Assembly: GCA_043228905.1 (NCBI GenBank)
Contig: JBHGNT010000005.1
Location: 5,890,001 to 5,954,000 of the forward strand
Direction of reading: 5' to 3'
Length of the DNA: 64,000 bases
Origin: Azolla caroliniana
Lineage: Eukaryota > Plantae > Polypodiophyta
Shown: in pieces, positions 38,186-51,900 of the stretch
Layout: each line of letters opens with the position of its first letter
Numbering within the stretch: position 1 is the first letter of the stretch
Notes under the pieces: generated by a model
Database searches by the model: none
What the model was told of the DNA's origin: nothing
What the model saw: only the letters and a program-made list of their open reading frames with translations
Program-made: the position numbers and the translations under genes

Positions 38186-40462
38186 TTGTAAGTCCGCGAC
38201 TTCCGCGACTACCATGTTCACCGTTGGTTGCTTGTCGTAGCTCTTCGCCGGACATTGGTTACTATAGTGGCCTTCTTGCTAGCAATAATAGTAGTACGCC
38301 TTCCGGGTGTTGCTGGATTCGGCGTTTGTGCCCGCACCCGGTTGAGGTCCTGTGGTAAGTGCTTGGTTTTGGTCCAGTTGGCTGCTTGGAGCGCCCTTTT
38401 CCGGTTCCTGTGGATGACCCCCCTTTTTGTTGAAATGACGTTTCTTGTTGAAATTCTTTTTGTTCCGGTAACCTTGACAGGGTTGGTCATCATACTTGCC
38501 ATAGTTGTCCCGTCGTTGGTTGTAACCAGGGGAGTGATCTCGGTTGTATCTCTCGTACCGTCCATTATAGTCCCGATATCTATCCTGTCTGTCATACCGG
38601 TCATAAGCATCTCTTTGATCGTTGTACCAGACATCTTGTGTCGGCCGGTAGCACTCCTCTCGCCGCCAACGTTCTTCTTCTTCCTCTCGGTTGCTTTGTG
38701 GTTCAATTTGCCGGACCGGTGGTGCTTGCCGATTTAACAAGTTATACTCACACCGTTCCATTGTGTGACATCTGCAGTGGCAGAGCAAGCATTGGGAACG
38801 CATGGTGCATTCCAGCGCCGAATGTCCGACATTCAGACATGTCGTACATTGAATTGCTTGCCGGAAGCGGAGGTCCTCATCTGTCGGTAGTGCACGCTGA
38901 AGTGCGCCCAGGGTTAGCCATGAACTTGATTTTTCCATTTCCCGAACTTGGTCGATCACTTGATCTATGTTGCTGGTGCGGAAATCAATGACGGTGCACA
39001 CCGTTCGTAAGGGTTCCCGGAGTGCTGCTAAGAATATGGCCTTTGTTTCTTCCTCTGGTGGTGCCCGACTGAGCTGACTATGGATCCGCTGGAACCGGAT
39101 GACAAACTGTTGAATGTTCTCCGTTGGTTCCTGCCGAATAATGTAAAATAGGCCTACCATTTCCCGTTGGTCCATCTCCTTGTGAAAGAAATGCAAGAAT
39201 TTGGTCTTTAATGCTTCAAACGTGGGGATGGTGCTGGGATCTTGTGTTCAGTGCCATCTGGCGGCCGGTCCCTCCAGGGTCATGCCGAACTCTGGCATTT
39301 TTTAGCGTTCCTCTTCGGCCGCATTTAAGCGTTGGGACACATGGTTTGCCTCCCAGGTCTGCTAAAACGCATGAACGTGGGCTTCTGCGTCCAGATCATC
39401 TCGGTATCGGGGATATTGGAACGACATATCGTCGTCTAGTGTCGGTACGTGGGCTGGTGGTGTCGGTGGCCTTTCCTCCTCCTTTGTCGGCGTCGGAGGT
39501 CTTTCCCGCTCCTCTGTCGGCGTCAGAGGTCTTTCCTGCTCCTCTTTCAGTGTTGGAGGCCTCTCCTCCTCGACTTCCGATGTCGGAGGTCTCTCTTCCT
39601 TGACTTCTGGTTCCGGAGTGTGCTCGACTTCCGGTGCCGAAGGTTCCAACCTTGTCAATTCTGGTTCCGGTGTCGGCAAGGTATCCGACTCCTCGTCCTC
39701 CGGTCCGTCTGGGTGTCGTTACTGCTGCGGTAGCTCGTATGCGCGTTGTATTCCCCTTCCGAACCCGATTCAAAAGCCGAAAATGCTTCGGATTCGCCTT
39801 CGCCCGCTGCCAATGCCTGGAGAAGGGATTCCGCTTCCCGGAGGCTGCTTAGGCTTCCTTCGTCCAGGTAGTCGTTTTGTTGTAAACGAAGTGATTCCTT
39901 GGCCACTCTCCGGATCACCTTGGAAAATGAGCGATCCGCTCTAATTTCATCTACCGCTTGCTGGAAAGCCTCTCGCTTCCTCAGTCGTTCAACAAGTCTC
40001 CTTGCTCGCTCCGTAACCGGGTCGTTCATTGGTCTAGTCATCCATTCCCGTCGTTGTTCGTTGCGATTGTGCAGGAATCGTGGTCGCCAAAAACTGTGTT
40101 ATTCCTTAGGGCCGGACAATGGCCTAACACAGGGTGTCTACGAAAGACACTTCACCAAAGGGGCGCTACGGCAAGATAACTTAATACTCAACGATTAATC
40201 AGACTTTAATTGGTTACTTAGCAATATGGCATTAGACTTGATACACACGTATGATAGAACAATTAGCACAGAACGGTAATCAACACTTAAAGATAAAACA
40301 AGAAGTTGTATTAATTATCCGTCAAAGTTTTACATTGTAACCGGGCCTTTATATAGGTCACCGGTGCTGAGTACAAAACGGTGCCAACCGGCACCTGTTC
40401 GGAACCGGTCCGTCCATTCACGTCTCATAAACTACTTAATTATAATAGATTCCGAATATACA
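38186..40462 (-). mobile_element. Truncated Gypsy-type LTR retrotransposon: 5' LTR (~40097-40462), PBS and degenerate gag; no pol or 3' LTR
   Basis: Minus strand TGTATATTCG...AATAACA with CCTATATAAAGG TATA. PBS TGGCGACCACG at 40089-40079, tRNA-Arg-like. Gag capsid (LEGPAARW, IQQFVIRFQRI, FLAALREPLR) and three CCHC knuckles (CTTCLNVGHSALEC, CLLCHCRCHTMERC, YYYC**EGHYSNQC). Internal stops present. Confidence 0.85.
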
Positions 40463-41929
40463 ATCCCTTTTACTGCCTTTGCATGTAATTGAGTGGATAC
40501 TTTAGATACCCTACTCACAAACCCAAAATTACTAAATTAATCATATCAGACTCTGTATTCTCGCATATAAGTCTATGTAAACCAATCCCACTTACCCTCT
40601 TCTTGTATAAATTTGTCAATTAGTATTTCATTAGGATGGTTCTTATCATTGTAATCTTCCATTTATTTGTTGTTAATACAATTTCATGTATTCAGTACAT
40701 TTTTATTTCCCTTTCTTAGATACATAACACTCACACACACATCTATCTATTTCCAATCTGTGATCAAAACTACCAATCTAGATCTCTAAAGCTTCACGTG
40801 ATATTAAAGCCTAAGGGTTAATCATCCATATTGGTTATCCTCTGTTTTGTGTTTTGTTGCTCCGTGAGGCCATCATTAATGTAGAATAGCCTCATGTGTG
40901 TTGATGTGTTCAATCATTGTTGTTGTGGTGGAACTACATAATTTGTATGTTGTCACATTAAGTATGCGGTTTTGTGTGAAACCTTAAGCACGAACACAAG
41001 GGTCTTGAATGAAGGAAGTGGGGGTTTGACGTTGTCTCCTTTTGAAGTTTGGTTATTTGTATGTTTTTGTAAATGTGTATAGGTCGTGTCATGAAAGTGT
41101 CTTGCGCAAGTGTGTGTGTGTGTGTGTGTGCGCGCGCGCTTTCAAGTGTTTGTGTTATATGGCCTATGTTTGCACCAAATTTCCTTCAACAACAACTATG
41201 TGAGGCAACTTCAAAAACTTGAGATCAACTTCTTCATATACCTCTTGGTATCCAATTGCCAAGAGCATGTTTGCTGCTATGACGCATGTTCCAACCATAT
41301 GTGAGACCTCCATGTTATTTGACTTTGAAGATTCTTATATCATTTCAAGAATACCAAGATAATACATCTCAAATGATTACCTCTATTTGTATAGATAAGC
41401 TTGCTTTGACCACCAACACAAATTCCCCACAACTCTCTTTTCACCTAGGCGTAATTTTGTTGGCTTTCACAAATTACTTTGCCCCAAATCAAATTGCATA
41501 GTAACTCTCATCTCCACTCTCTTGATTAATGACCTCACTTATTCCAATTGAACCAGTGTCTAGTGTCACAAATTAGATTGGAGCTCTATCCATATAAAGC
41601 TTTTTGTAGTGTTGGTTCCTCAAGGGAAAGCTCCTTTAATCTTTGCATATATTCCATATATGCCTTCAATAATCCATATAGGAACTCGACAACGAGGGCA
41701 TATTGTGGGGATGTGATAAAATGAACATGAGGCTCCGAAGGATCATGTCACTTCCAAATATTCTTCTAGCTTTCATATACCTCCATCTCGTGGATGATAT
41801 TCACCTTCTTAGGAGCTTCCAAGTATACAACCCACAAAGGCTCTTTTAGCACAACAGTTGTCCCATTATCAAGGCATCATATGTCAAAAATTGCTCCTTC
41901 GAAAAGTTTTGAGATGATGGAACTTGATG

Positions 41930-42570
41930 GTAACCATGAATTTGCAACTGTAGTTGGTTATCTAAATCGTATTTTTGCAGAAGGAGAGAGATTGCATTTC
42001 ATTCATGGGACTGCTAAAAGTTTGCAAAAAGAAAGTCACAAAGTTTTAGCAATGCTTGGAAGAGTTGTTAGTCAAGCACTAGATCTAACTGGGTATTAGT
42101 ATACCGGCAGACCTTCAGTTGTGAAGACTACCACTCATCATTCTAGTGTGCATTTAAACTCAAATATTCTTACAGATAGAGATGTTTGGATGCCCACAAA
42201 AGATTTGAGAGAATCTTTGACAGACTTTAGTGAATTGCCAAGGTTAATAGAGATTGAACCAAAGAGCACTAAACAGATTGAATTTTGTACAAAAGTAGGG
42301 TCAAAATGATGGTACTGATAGAAAGGAACCAAGATATCACAGTGGAGTTTTGAGAAAAAACTATATTGACAACTTCGATCGGAAAAATGTTGCTCAATAT
42401 GCTTATGGCTTGGTTGCCTTCGGTCATCAGTTATTCTCCTTGGGCCTATCAGATATTCCCAAGGTTGATCCACATATCAGTATAGTAGATGCTCTGATGG
42501 ATATGTAGAGATGCATTAGCATTACAATATGGTGGATCTGATGCTCATAATATTGTTTTTCTTGAGAGGT
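41930..42570 (+). pseudogene. SAC-domain phosphoinositide phosphatase (FIG4/SAC1-5 type) pseudogene fragment
   Basis: [107 protein letters not shown]. Matches recalled [30 protein letters not shown]...QYGGSAAHN. Contains stops and frameshifts, and the catalytic Cys is lost. Confidence 0.85.
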
Positions 42571-43724
42571 ATGCAAGGGAAACCCTCACTTTGGGAGCTG
42601 GATTCTAATTATTCTTTACACATTGGGAGTAGTGGTGATGATTCACATACATATGATTATTGGTATAGCTGCACATACCTAATTATGCAAAGCTTACAAA
42701 GAAATACGCTTGTTGTTGAGGCTGAGAGGATGCCATATGAAAACATGTTTGTTTGGAATTATTTTATATGTTGTCTTTGATATGTTTTTTTTTAAACTAA
42801 TGGAAGTATATTTTGTTTTGAAAAAAAAAACTACTCCTTCTATGAGGTTTTATGAAAAGATGCACTCAAATCTAATATCCAACCTTGTCTATAGGCATTG
42901 TCATGATGCTTGAGAATAGAAACTCAAATGTAATTTGATCAATTTCTTCAAGTTTGGTTCACTACCCGATTTGCCCCAATAATGGGACTTTCTTGGATTG
43001 AAGTTGATTGCTAGCTACATAAGCATCACCATTGTTGTTGCCAAAGAGGAACTTCCTTTGAGCCTCTTTGGCGACAAAATTTGAAGCATGACCTCAGTGA
43101 TTCAATGTGTTGTATGTTATCAATGGCTCAATATTGTAGCTTTAAAGCTTAACAAATCCCATATCATAGTACATAATATACTCGAATGCATTGACAAACA
43201 TTCTTTTTCATACGAATGCGTATGTTATCAAAACATTCTTATGTTTTTTTAACGCTTTTACCTTAACTTTCTTACCTTTAAAAAATTTACCTTATAATAA
43301 ATAAAGAATACAAAAGTATGGTATTTTACATACTTCGACAATGTTTACCATTCTCAAATGATTTAAACATTCGGTTCATACTATGTCCCAGACATAGAAT
43401 GAACCATATGTAACATACGTGCATTCGCATTCGAGAATGATTCAATCAAACGTGTATGGTAAATCATCTCAAATTTGGATTGGATTGACTATGGTCTATA
43501 TTATATATTGATTCACCTTCAATCCCAATAAGTGGACTCTAATCCATTGTGAACCACCAACATAAGTATGGTTACAATATTTGAATTGTATCACATGCAT
43601 ACTTTTGGGATGCTTCTTAAGAATCAAGATATCTCTATCATCCTCACTTTAGAACTTTACCAAAAAATGAGTATGAACTATAGAGATTGAATCAAAATAT
43701 GTCGTTATAAATTATAATCAAACG

Positions 43725-44260
43725 TTCAAAAACTCATAAAACGTATATTCGAGAATATGACGAAAACATGACATAGGCAGTAGTAGCATAACAACTTACC
43801 ACCAGGGTGAGCTAATTTCTAATAACAAAGAAAAGAAAAAAGAAACGATCAAAAACTCATAAAACGTATATTTGAGAATATGAAGAAAACATGACATAGG
43901 CCGTAGTAGCATAACAACTTACCACTAGGGTGACCTAATTTCTAATAACAAAGAAAGAAAGAAAAAGAAGAAGGAACATGCCACTAACAAGAGATTTTAT
44001 GCCATGACACTAAAAAGAGGATAAAGTTGGGAATTGAACCCAAGACACAAGTAATAGTAGCATAGCAACTTACCACTAGGTTGTGCTTAGTTCTAATAAT
44101 AATAAAACAAAAGAAAGAATGTATTATAATATCAACATAAAATTTTGCTATAAAAATGATACTAATGAGAGAGAGAGAGAAAGATTGAGAAATTTGGCAA
44201 TCGAAGCCAAGACATAGACAGCAATAGCATGACTCCTTACCACTAGGGTGAGCTGAATTG
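43725..44260 (-). mobile_element. Tandem cluster of four tRNA-derived SINE-like heads, including a ~123-bp duplication
   Basis: Minus-strand CC(T)AGTGGTAAG-type A-box in four units. Units 3 and 4 keep B-box-like GGGTTCAATTCCC (44041-44029) and GGCTTCGATTGCC (~44207-44195). Confidence 0.55.
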
Positions 44261-45101
44261 TAATGACAACAAATGAAAAAAAGGAGCACGCCATTTCAAA
44301 CGTATTCGTTTCCAAACATTTGAATGCTTGCACGAACACGAATATTACGTTCTATGGTCCCAGATATTGATAATGGCTCCCTAGCAAGTATTGCATGGTC
44401 TCTTTTACAGTACACATTATGTTTGAGGCATGCCTAACATAATCAGAACACTCATACTAAGATATTTTCTAGTTCTACCTTTTCATATTTTCAGTTGATG
44501 ACTCTCTACTTTAGTAAAACAACTCAGCTGATACAAAGAATAAAAGGTTTCTAAAGCCATACCAATCTGTACACGAGAGTAAACATCAAACAAGCATTTA
44601 CTTAAATCTAATGTTTAAAACAAAAAATTATTTACCACTCATGAAATGGGATACAACTTTTTTATTTAAATGTTTACAAGTAGCCAGAAGATTGTATAGG
44701 GCATTAGCAACACAGTAAACACTCATAAGGAACAAAGAATCTTTCATAAATAAAATAAAAAAGACAACATATGTCACATATGTTGATGAAACACTACTGA
44801 TTAAAACACAATAGTGTTTCGTAGAAACAGCGAACCCCCAGAAAGGAATTCACTCTCACAAGCTTAGCTATTCAAAAATAGCAATGCTCCTAGGACTAAA
44901 AAACATCGATGTGTCCCTATACATGGGACACTTGATGGAAAGCCATGTGTTTTTAACACATTTAATGGAATTTCCTTTTACATCAAACTACCTATTGAAA
45001 TTGGCGATGCACCCTACAAAACCCATGTGTCCATGTATATAATGCAATCCATTTGTAATACAAAGAAGCTTTAGAGAATATTTTTTGGGTTATAACTAGC
45101 G

Positions 45102-48100
45102 TCATCCAGAGATGATGCGGCTGATAGTTGCTAAAGCCCAATCTGCTGTTTCTTTGAGTGAACGATCATCGGAGGTCCGGCATTCTTCTAAGAAGTTCTT
45201 ATAAAATGTTGAACTCTGGAAAAGTGAGGAAACATTTGGACCCAGTGTATCTGCTAAATCACCAAGCACTCCAACTGCTGCTTTTGTCACAGTTTCATCC
45301 CTGTCCAAAACATTGAATAAAAATCATGAAATATCAAATAATGTGTTTCTAATGCCATGCTCCAAAAATATAAAATAAAATGAAATAAATTTTTTTTAAA
45401 GGCATCTACCAAAATACCCCTATCTTCTAATTAGGTAAACCACCAGAATACCCACTCAGTTTCTTCAAATTACCAGAAGACCCCTATTTGTACAGAATTT
45501 GTTACAACATAGTAATACATATTCTGGTAATTTTAGAGTACTTGGGGGCAGTCTGGTAGATAGCAAAAAGTAAAAGTTGATTAGGATTTTCTAAACATGA
45601 ACAAAAGACATGCTGTTAATAAAAAAGAGTAGGTGGAAATCAGATTTAGTAATACATTGTTTAAAGCAAAGATCAGAGGTGTCTACCTATACATGTCGGC
45701 ACAAATACTCTCAAGGAACCGTAGTATATGACCAGCATAGGGAACCATGAGATCGGATTTCTTGTTCTTAAAACCTTGGAAAATCCCAGAATATGCTTCT
45801 AAGATACCAATACGAAGTTGATTGTAGTATTCAATCACTTCGTCGTCTTGATTCGTTGCCTGTGCAGAAAGCTCAGCAGCTCCTTGAAGCATAGGCATAG
45901 CATACATCAAATACTTCTCAAAATTCTCTCCAATGGCAAGTGCAATATCACCAAAGCATGAAAAGATAGGTGGCTTCACAGAGCGATGAAGCTGACTACT
46001 AGATAAATTCTTCAGCAAATGGGTCATTATACCATCACAAAAAGGTAGAACCTTCTCATCTAAAGCTCGACAAATATCTCCAACAACACCAACAGTGATT
46101 GCACACACTTGATATTCCTCAAAGTTCTGAAGACCCATCTCTAGATACTTATAAAACTCAGGCATATACTTTGCAAATTCTGGCCCAGTAACATAAGCCA
46201 AAGCACCAATCGCAAGCATCGCTTCTTCATGAACAGTTGCACTCCGACATGCGAACACTCTAAGGAAGAGAGACATCATCTGATCAGCATATTGCAAAAT
46301 ACCGAACTTAGTTGATTCAGAAGCACCGAGTTTCTGAACAATCACTTGCAATACACCACACAACAAGGCTTGCACCTCGGTTTGTTTCTCCCTGTCATCA
46401 GATGAAACTACTTGCATGTCAAAGGTATTGCTCAGCTTTTGCATTACAACAGGTACTAGCTGAACAACTATAGGCGCAGTATCCTCAGTTGAACATCGAA
46501 CGATCTCATTCAGTGTTTCGTATGCTGATGCTCTTAATCGAGAATCACCTGCATCTTCTCTATCTGTTGTGACCAAGAGAGCTTGAATGATACTTTGAAA
46601 GAAAGGTGACAATGGAGAAGTGGTGTGGTCAGATTCCTCATACCCTTGAGCAAGAAGATAAATAGCACCACACACTTTTTCAGCCACATTCGGAAGATCT
46701 GAGATTTTCTCTAGCAGGACTCCAAGAATCTGAGGAAGATTAACTGGAGTTATGACTGGAGCTTCAATATTAGGGCCATGAAGAAACTCAAAAATCCTAC
46801 CTAAAGTCCATGCTGTAGTATCTTTCACCTGATTCTTCTCATCCTTCATCGCATTCAACATAAAGGAAAGGGCATGATTAACAAGAGGAGTTAACTGTTC
46901 TAGGGAAGGACCTTCAAGAATGGATCCGAATGCATAAGTGGCTGCCTCCCGGCATCGCCAATCAGGCTTTGAAATGTTTTCTTGGACATATGGCATAACA
47001 AGAGGAACGATATCATCACCAACTGCTCTTGCCACAAGACCTAAACAAGTTCCACCAGCCATCGCTAAGCTCCAAGCCTCTTCTTCTTGATCTGATATTT
47101 CTTCTTGCTTTGTTAGTGTTTCTAACAGCATTGGTACAAGGGCAGGAAGCGCTTGCTTCACGAATTTGAAGTATGGCACCTCTGATTCTCCTGAAAATTC
47201 GGCTCCATACTCTTCTTGGATTTCAATCTCTTCATCACAGATAGAGCTCCAAAATTCTATAGCTTGCAATGCAATAGGTTCTTCATCCTCGCGCACAGCC
47301 TTGGAAGTAATAGAGAACAAGTCTTGCATATATGGAGCTAGTTTATCATAATAAGTAGAGGAAATAGACACAAGACACTCAAAAGCTGCCAATCGAACCC
47401 TTTTATCTGGAGAGAGGGTGGCTTCACAGACCACTCTCATGATGTAATCTCGTTCCATTGCATTCTCAAAGTTACTATGAGCAAAATCAAGTGCATTATA
47501 AAGAGCCTGAGTGGCTGCCAATCTGATATCATTATTGGTTTCAGTAACATTCATTCCTTGAACAACAGCAGTAAGGATTGAATTAACCTGTTCTTGAGCT
47601 AGCACATTCGCAGATACTTCCTCACAGACATACCCTAGAGTCTCTAAAGTAGATTGTCTAAGCAATGCCGATTGTTCCCCTTGGGGAGCTCCCATATTTG
47701 CTAGCAGTATTCCTATTAGCTCTGGCCATTGACCTTGGGGAATCTCTATGGCAGCCACTTTAGCAATAACTTGTGAAGATGTATGCCTAGCCTCTATAAC
47801 TGTAGAAGATAATGTATTTAAAAGAGAAGTCTTGATCTGAACTTTTAATGCACTATTAAGAGAAACCCAAGCTTGCATTAATTCAGCTTTTCTTATTGCA
47901 TCTTTAGCATCAAGAGAGTTTTTCAATATGAGACCTGCAAGCTTGCGACTCTCAGGTGGTTTTTCATTGTTTGCTAGCTCATGTGCTAGCGACAAAAGAA
48001 ACGATGGTAAGTTTTGTTCTTGGAATTGTTTGAGATTATCTTCTGCAAGCTTTCTCACTGTGCCATCGGGCGATTGTGCATTGAGAAGGATTTGTGTGAC

Positions 48101-48112
48101 CTCCATTGCCAT
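45102..48112 (-). CDS. KPNB1: Importin subunit beta-1 (karyopherin beta 1)
   Basis: Coding exons 45687-48112 and 45102-45300. Motifs: MAMEVTQILLNAQS, RKLAGLILKNSLDAKD, ALQAIEFWSSICDEE, PDWRCREAATYAFGSILEGP, HRSVKPPIFSCFGDIALAIG. 5' UTR intron ~48114-49252. Confidence 0.97.
45404..45561. mobile_element. MITE-like element in the importin-beta intron
   Basis: Imperfect TIRs ATCTACCAAAATACCCC / GGGGGCAGTCTGGTAGAT, with internal inverted AATTACCAGAA / TTCTGGTAATT. Confidence 0.5.
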
Positions 48113-49389
48113 GCTGAATATACATCATGAACATTTAATTTATATATATTAAAAACAATTTCATTTCTAAAACCTCTCTCTCTCTCCCATCCTCTCAATC
48201 AAATCAGTGGTTTACACCATAGCATCACGGTTATAAAATTGAATGCTTGCTGTGTTCTCAGTCCAATCACATGGATTGAAATTAGTACATATATTTATAT
48301 GTATGTGTGACAAAAGTTATGTCCGCATCAATAGTTAGGGAATTTTAGGAATTATAGGAAATCTCTATACTCTGACAATCACATACATTGATCTGTTCAG
48401 TGTACAAAGCAGCAAATATACACACACAATCAAGAAGATGGACAATAGTTGCTGAAATAATAGCTCAAGACATTAGGATAAAATAAGTTTGGATTTCAGG
48501 GCTAGCCAGGTTGTTTTAAGATACCTTACAACTCTAGGAGTTAAAGTGGACATTAAACCAAACTTACTTCGGCTTATAATTCTTTGCATTACATGTTGAC
48601 TACTTTAGGTTTATCGTACTAAAAACCATTCTAAACAATCAAATGTAAAAGATTTCAATCAAACTGCTAGATCAACATGACAATCACTTTCATGTAGGAT
48701 TTACTAAACTAACTAACTCTAATTCAATGGTCAGCTTTTTAACTTGCTCCTAATGCAGATCTCATCTCATCCAATTGCATCATGAACGATCTATAAGAGA
48801 ATATTATTATAGAGACTTGCATCCAAATTCCCTTGCAATAGTATAGTATCGTGTCATTATTGAGGATTAGATCCAAATTTCTCTAAAAAAATGAAGAAAA
48901 CTAACGTCAATCCAATTATATTTTGCTAAAGGAGATTTAGATTAAAAACATTCAACATCTCGAATTTTGTTTCTGATTCTGATTCGAATCTATCTGTTTG
49001 TATACATACAATCAGACAGACTTAAGCAGAATAATCTGATTCGATCGTTACAATATGAAAAAACTTAATTCATAAAATGTACAGATAAACTATCCGATCA
49101 TTGGATAGCAAGAAGGGGAAAAAAGACTTTTTAGAACAAAGGTGAGATAGAAACAGATCAGATTCGATTCATAAGCAAGCAAAATAATGAGACATAATAA
49201 AACAAAGAAACACCGGAAAAAACATTTTTTTAGGGACAGAGGATTCATGAAACCTGAATACGTACAGGGAAAGAGAGAAAGAGACAGCCTTCCCTTATAC
49301 CGCTGATCAGAGAGCGCAAATATTGTTGTAGCTCCCTGTGCAATACTCTAGAGCAATACCCTGTACACAGGAGAGATTTCAACGCATAG

Positions 49390-49490
49390 ACGAAACCCTA
49401 ACCCTACTGCTGAATAGAGCTTTAGAGAGAGAGAGAGAGAAGCAGAGACGCAAGAGCTAATTTAGGGTTTAAACCCGAGGAAACCCTAAT
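49390..49490 (-). promoter_or_regulatory. Importin-beta promoter/TSS region with three telo-boxes and (GA)n
   Basis: AAACCCTAA at 49393 and 49481, TAGGGTTT at 49463, (GA)n at 49424-49440, all upstream of the first non-coding exon. Confidence 0.55.
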
Positions 49491-51199
49491 TTCCATAAGT
49501 AGCCCGAGGCTTTGGACGGCCCAGATCAGGGTGGGTCAATGATTCCACGGTCAAGATCCTTTTCCTGTTGTTTTTGAAAAGCTAGCGCGCTTTCTTCCTA
49601 AAAGCTTTTCATATAATTTCATTTCATTTAGAAAATACCCACAAAATATACATATACATAACATATTATACATATGCATATATAATATTATTATTTATAT
49701 ATATAGATAGGTTATAGATAGATATGTATACACATATACATATACATATACACATAGATATATACATAGATTTCTTGCTTGTTTCACTCTTTATTCCTTT
49801 TGTTGATGCCGGTTAGGTTAAGCTCCGATGATGAGCGCGAGAGCTCTATCTTTTAGACATAATAACTAACGAGTGGAGTGTGGAGCATTTGGTGTGGATG
49901 GTGTGGGCCATCACCAGTCAGCCCTACAACCTTGCACTCACTCATTTTGTTTTGAGACTTCCCGAACTTCTCATGATCCCTTTGTGTGTCCATTGAAGCT
50001 CTTGTCTCCCTCCATATTTAAGGTTTGTTTCATAGGGAAAGGCCGATATATGGTTTGCGGTTCCTTTTCTGAGACCCTTGGTGTTGGACTGTATAGATTC
50101 ATTTGTCCTACACCATGTGACTTCTTGTGATATTTTTTAGATATAATGCTCTTATTCTAACTGAGCTTGGAGCTCTTGTCTCCATACAAATATATAAATA
50201 TACACATACACATATTAATAATTTATTGTTTCCCAGATTGCGCCTAAATTATTGCCCAAAAATCTTATGAATATAAATATGATTTGTTTTTTATCGCTTT
50301 ATATACTTTTATACCTTTCTATAACTACCCTTCATATATGTGTTTGTTTTATCGTTTTATCCATTAACGTCTCCTTTTTACTCTTTTTCTTTCAATGTAG
50401 CATGAAACCTCGACATAAAATTAACTAATAATGCAATTAAACGATTTTCACATTAACGTCCACACATGTTCGATACAATATAAGAAGCGAGATTAACGGC
50501 ACGAAAAAGACCCTATGAAGTTTCGTTCCCACATTCTAGTTCAAAACATTGCTAATATACAATCTACTTCTTATACTTGAAAGAAAAGTTTTTTGCATGG
50601 ATCAATTGTTGTCTACAGACAAAAACAATCGTGCTTGTGATATGGTACCCCGACTTATTCGTAGATGACTAGCAATCAAATATAGACATATCTTTTTTGG
50701 GAAATATGTGTGTGCGTGCGTGCGTGCGTGTGTGTGTGTGTATCTACATCACTGTTTTTATGTTAAAAAATGAACTTAACAATAAAAAGTTGTTGAGTCA
50801 TTTCCTTCTCTAGCTTAACCAATAGTTGCGTTAACTTGAATATCATCCAAGTACTTATAAACATATCTATGCCATTGTTTTTATGTTGAAAAAACAACTT
50901 AGCAATAAAAACTTGCTCATAAATTTTGTCTCCTCCCTACATCAATTTGTTTTATAATGCTTCCCCAATTCATGGTTTCTTGAAAGCTTTCTCACCATAT
51001 CGCAACGAAGGTGAAAGAAATGTAATTTCATGTAGCATTTTAGTGTGAATGTCATGAAAACAATAGAGAAAGTAGATACATTATATCAAAGTCAAAATAT
51101 ATCTTTGCTTCTTCTTCTTTTTCCAAAAAGAAGCTACTTTCCCATTAGTCAAGACAGGCAACATGCTTTCCATACATACCACAGGGTGAAGCCTACGGT

Positions 51200-51900
51200 C
51201 AACATCCAAATCTCCCAGAACCGAGGGGATGCAGTCTTCAAGCCTATCTCAAATAAGTTCTTGACGAGTTCACCTCTTGTGCAATCATAGTATCAATTGG
51301 TTGCATTGAAGGTGTTTGTCCAACTATCAACCGAGAGATCGATCCAAGCCGCTATGCTACACGATGTTGTTCCTTCCACTTCACATGCAACTAGGAGACG
51401 AGTCACTTTGTCCCATATCCTCTAGGCTTGAGGTCAATCCCACAAACAATGTCTCAGAGTCTCAATAGGTGAAGAACAGAGTGGGCAAGGTATCGGGCCA
51501 CCACGTTTACCCAGTCATTCGCCAACAGGGACCACGTTATGGCCGATCTACCACCAAAATAGCTTGAACTTCTCAGGCACGTGGAGATGCCAGAGACCCT
51601 TCCAAAAGGTATTGAGCACTTCGTCGGGGATTCCCAATGTCTGCCAACCATTGCGTAAGGAACCATTCAACTGTTGTTGTATAGCTTGACCTAATTTAGT
51701 GTTGCAATCGATGAAGCAGCGTAGTCTGTTGCCGTGATTCCACCTGAAATCCCTTGGGTTCCATTCTAGTTCCGTGAGGGAGGGAGCGACAATTGTCGTA
51801 GACCCACAATTTCTAGCAGGGTTCCACCTTAATAACATCAAGATCCGTCTTCTAGTTGTTACCAACCTGCACCGCCATTGAGACCGGGTGCCAAATGCCA
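51200..51900 (-). mobile_element. LINE fragment (zf-RVT region)
   Basis: FWKGLWHLHVPEKFKLFWW*IGHNVVPVGE..CPLCSSPIETLRHCLWD..RIW, with stops. Confidence 0.85.

Noticed and set aside
38228-40198. Multiple plus-strand ORFs over the retroelement
   Set aside because: Antisense shadows of GC-rich gag with no independent protein motifs.
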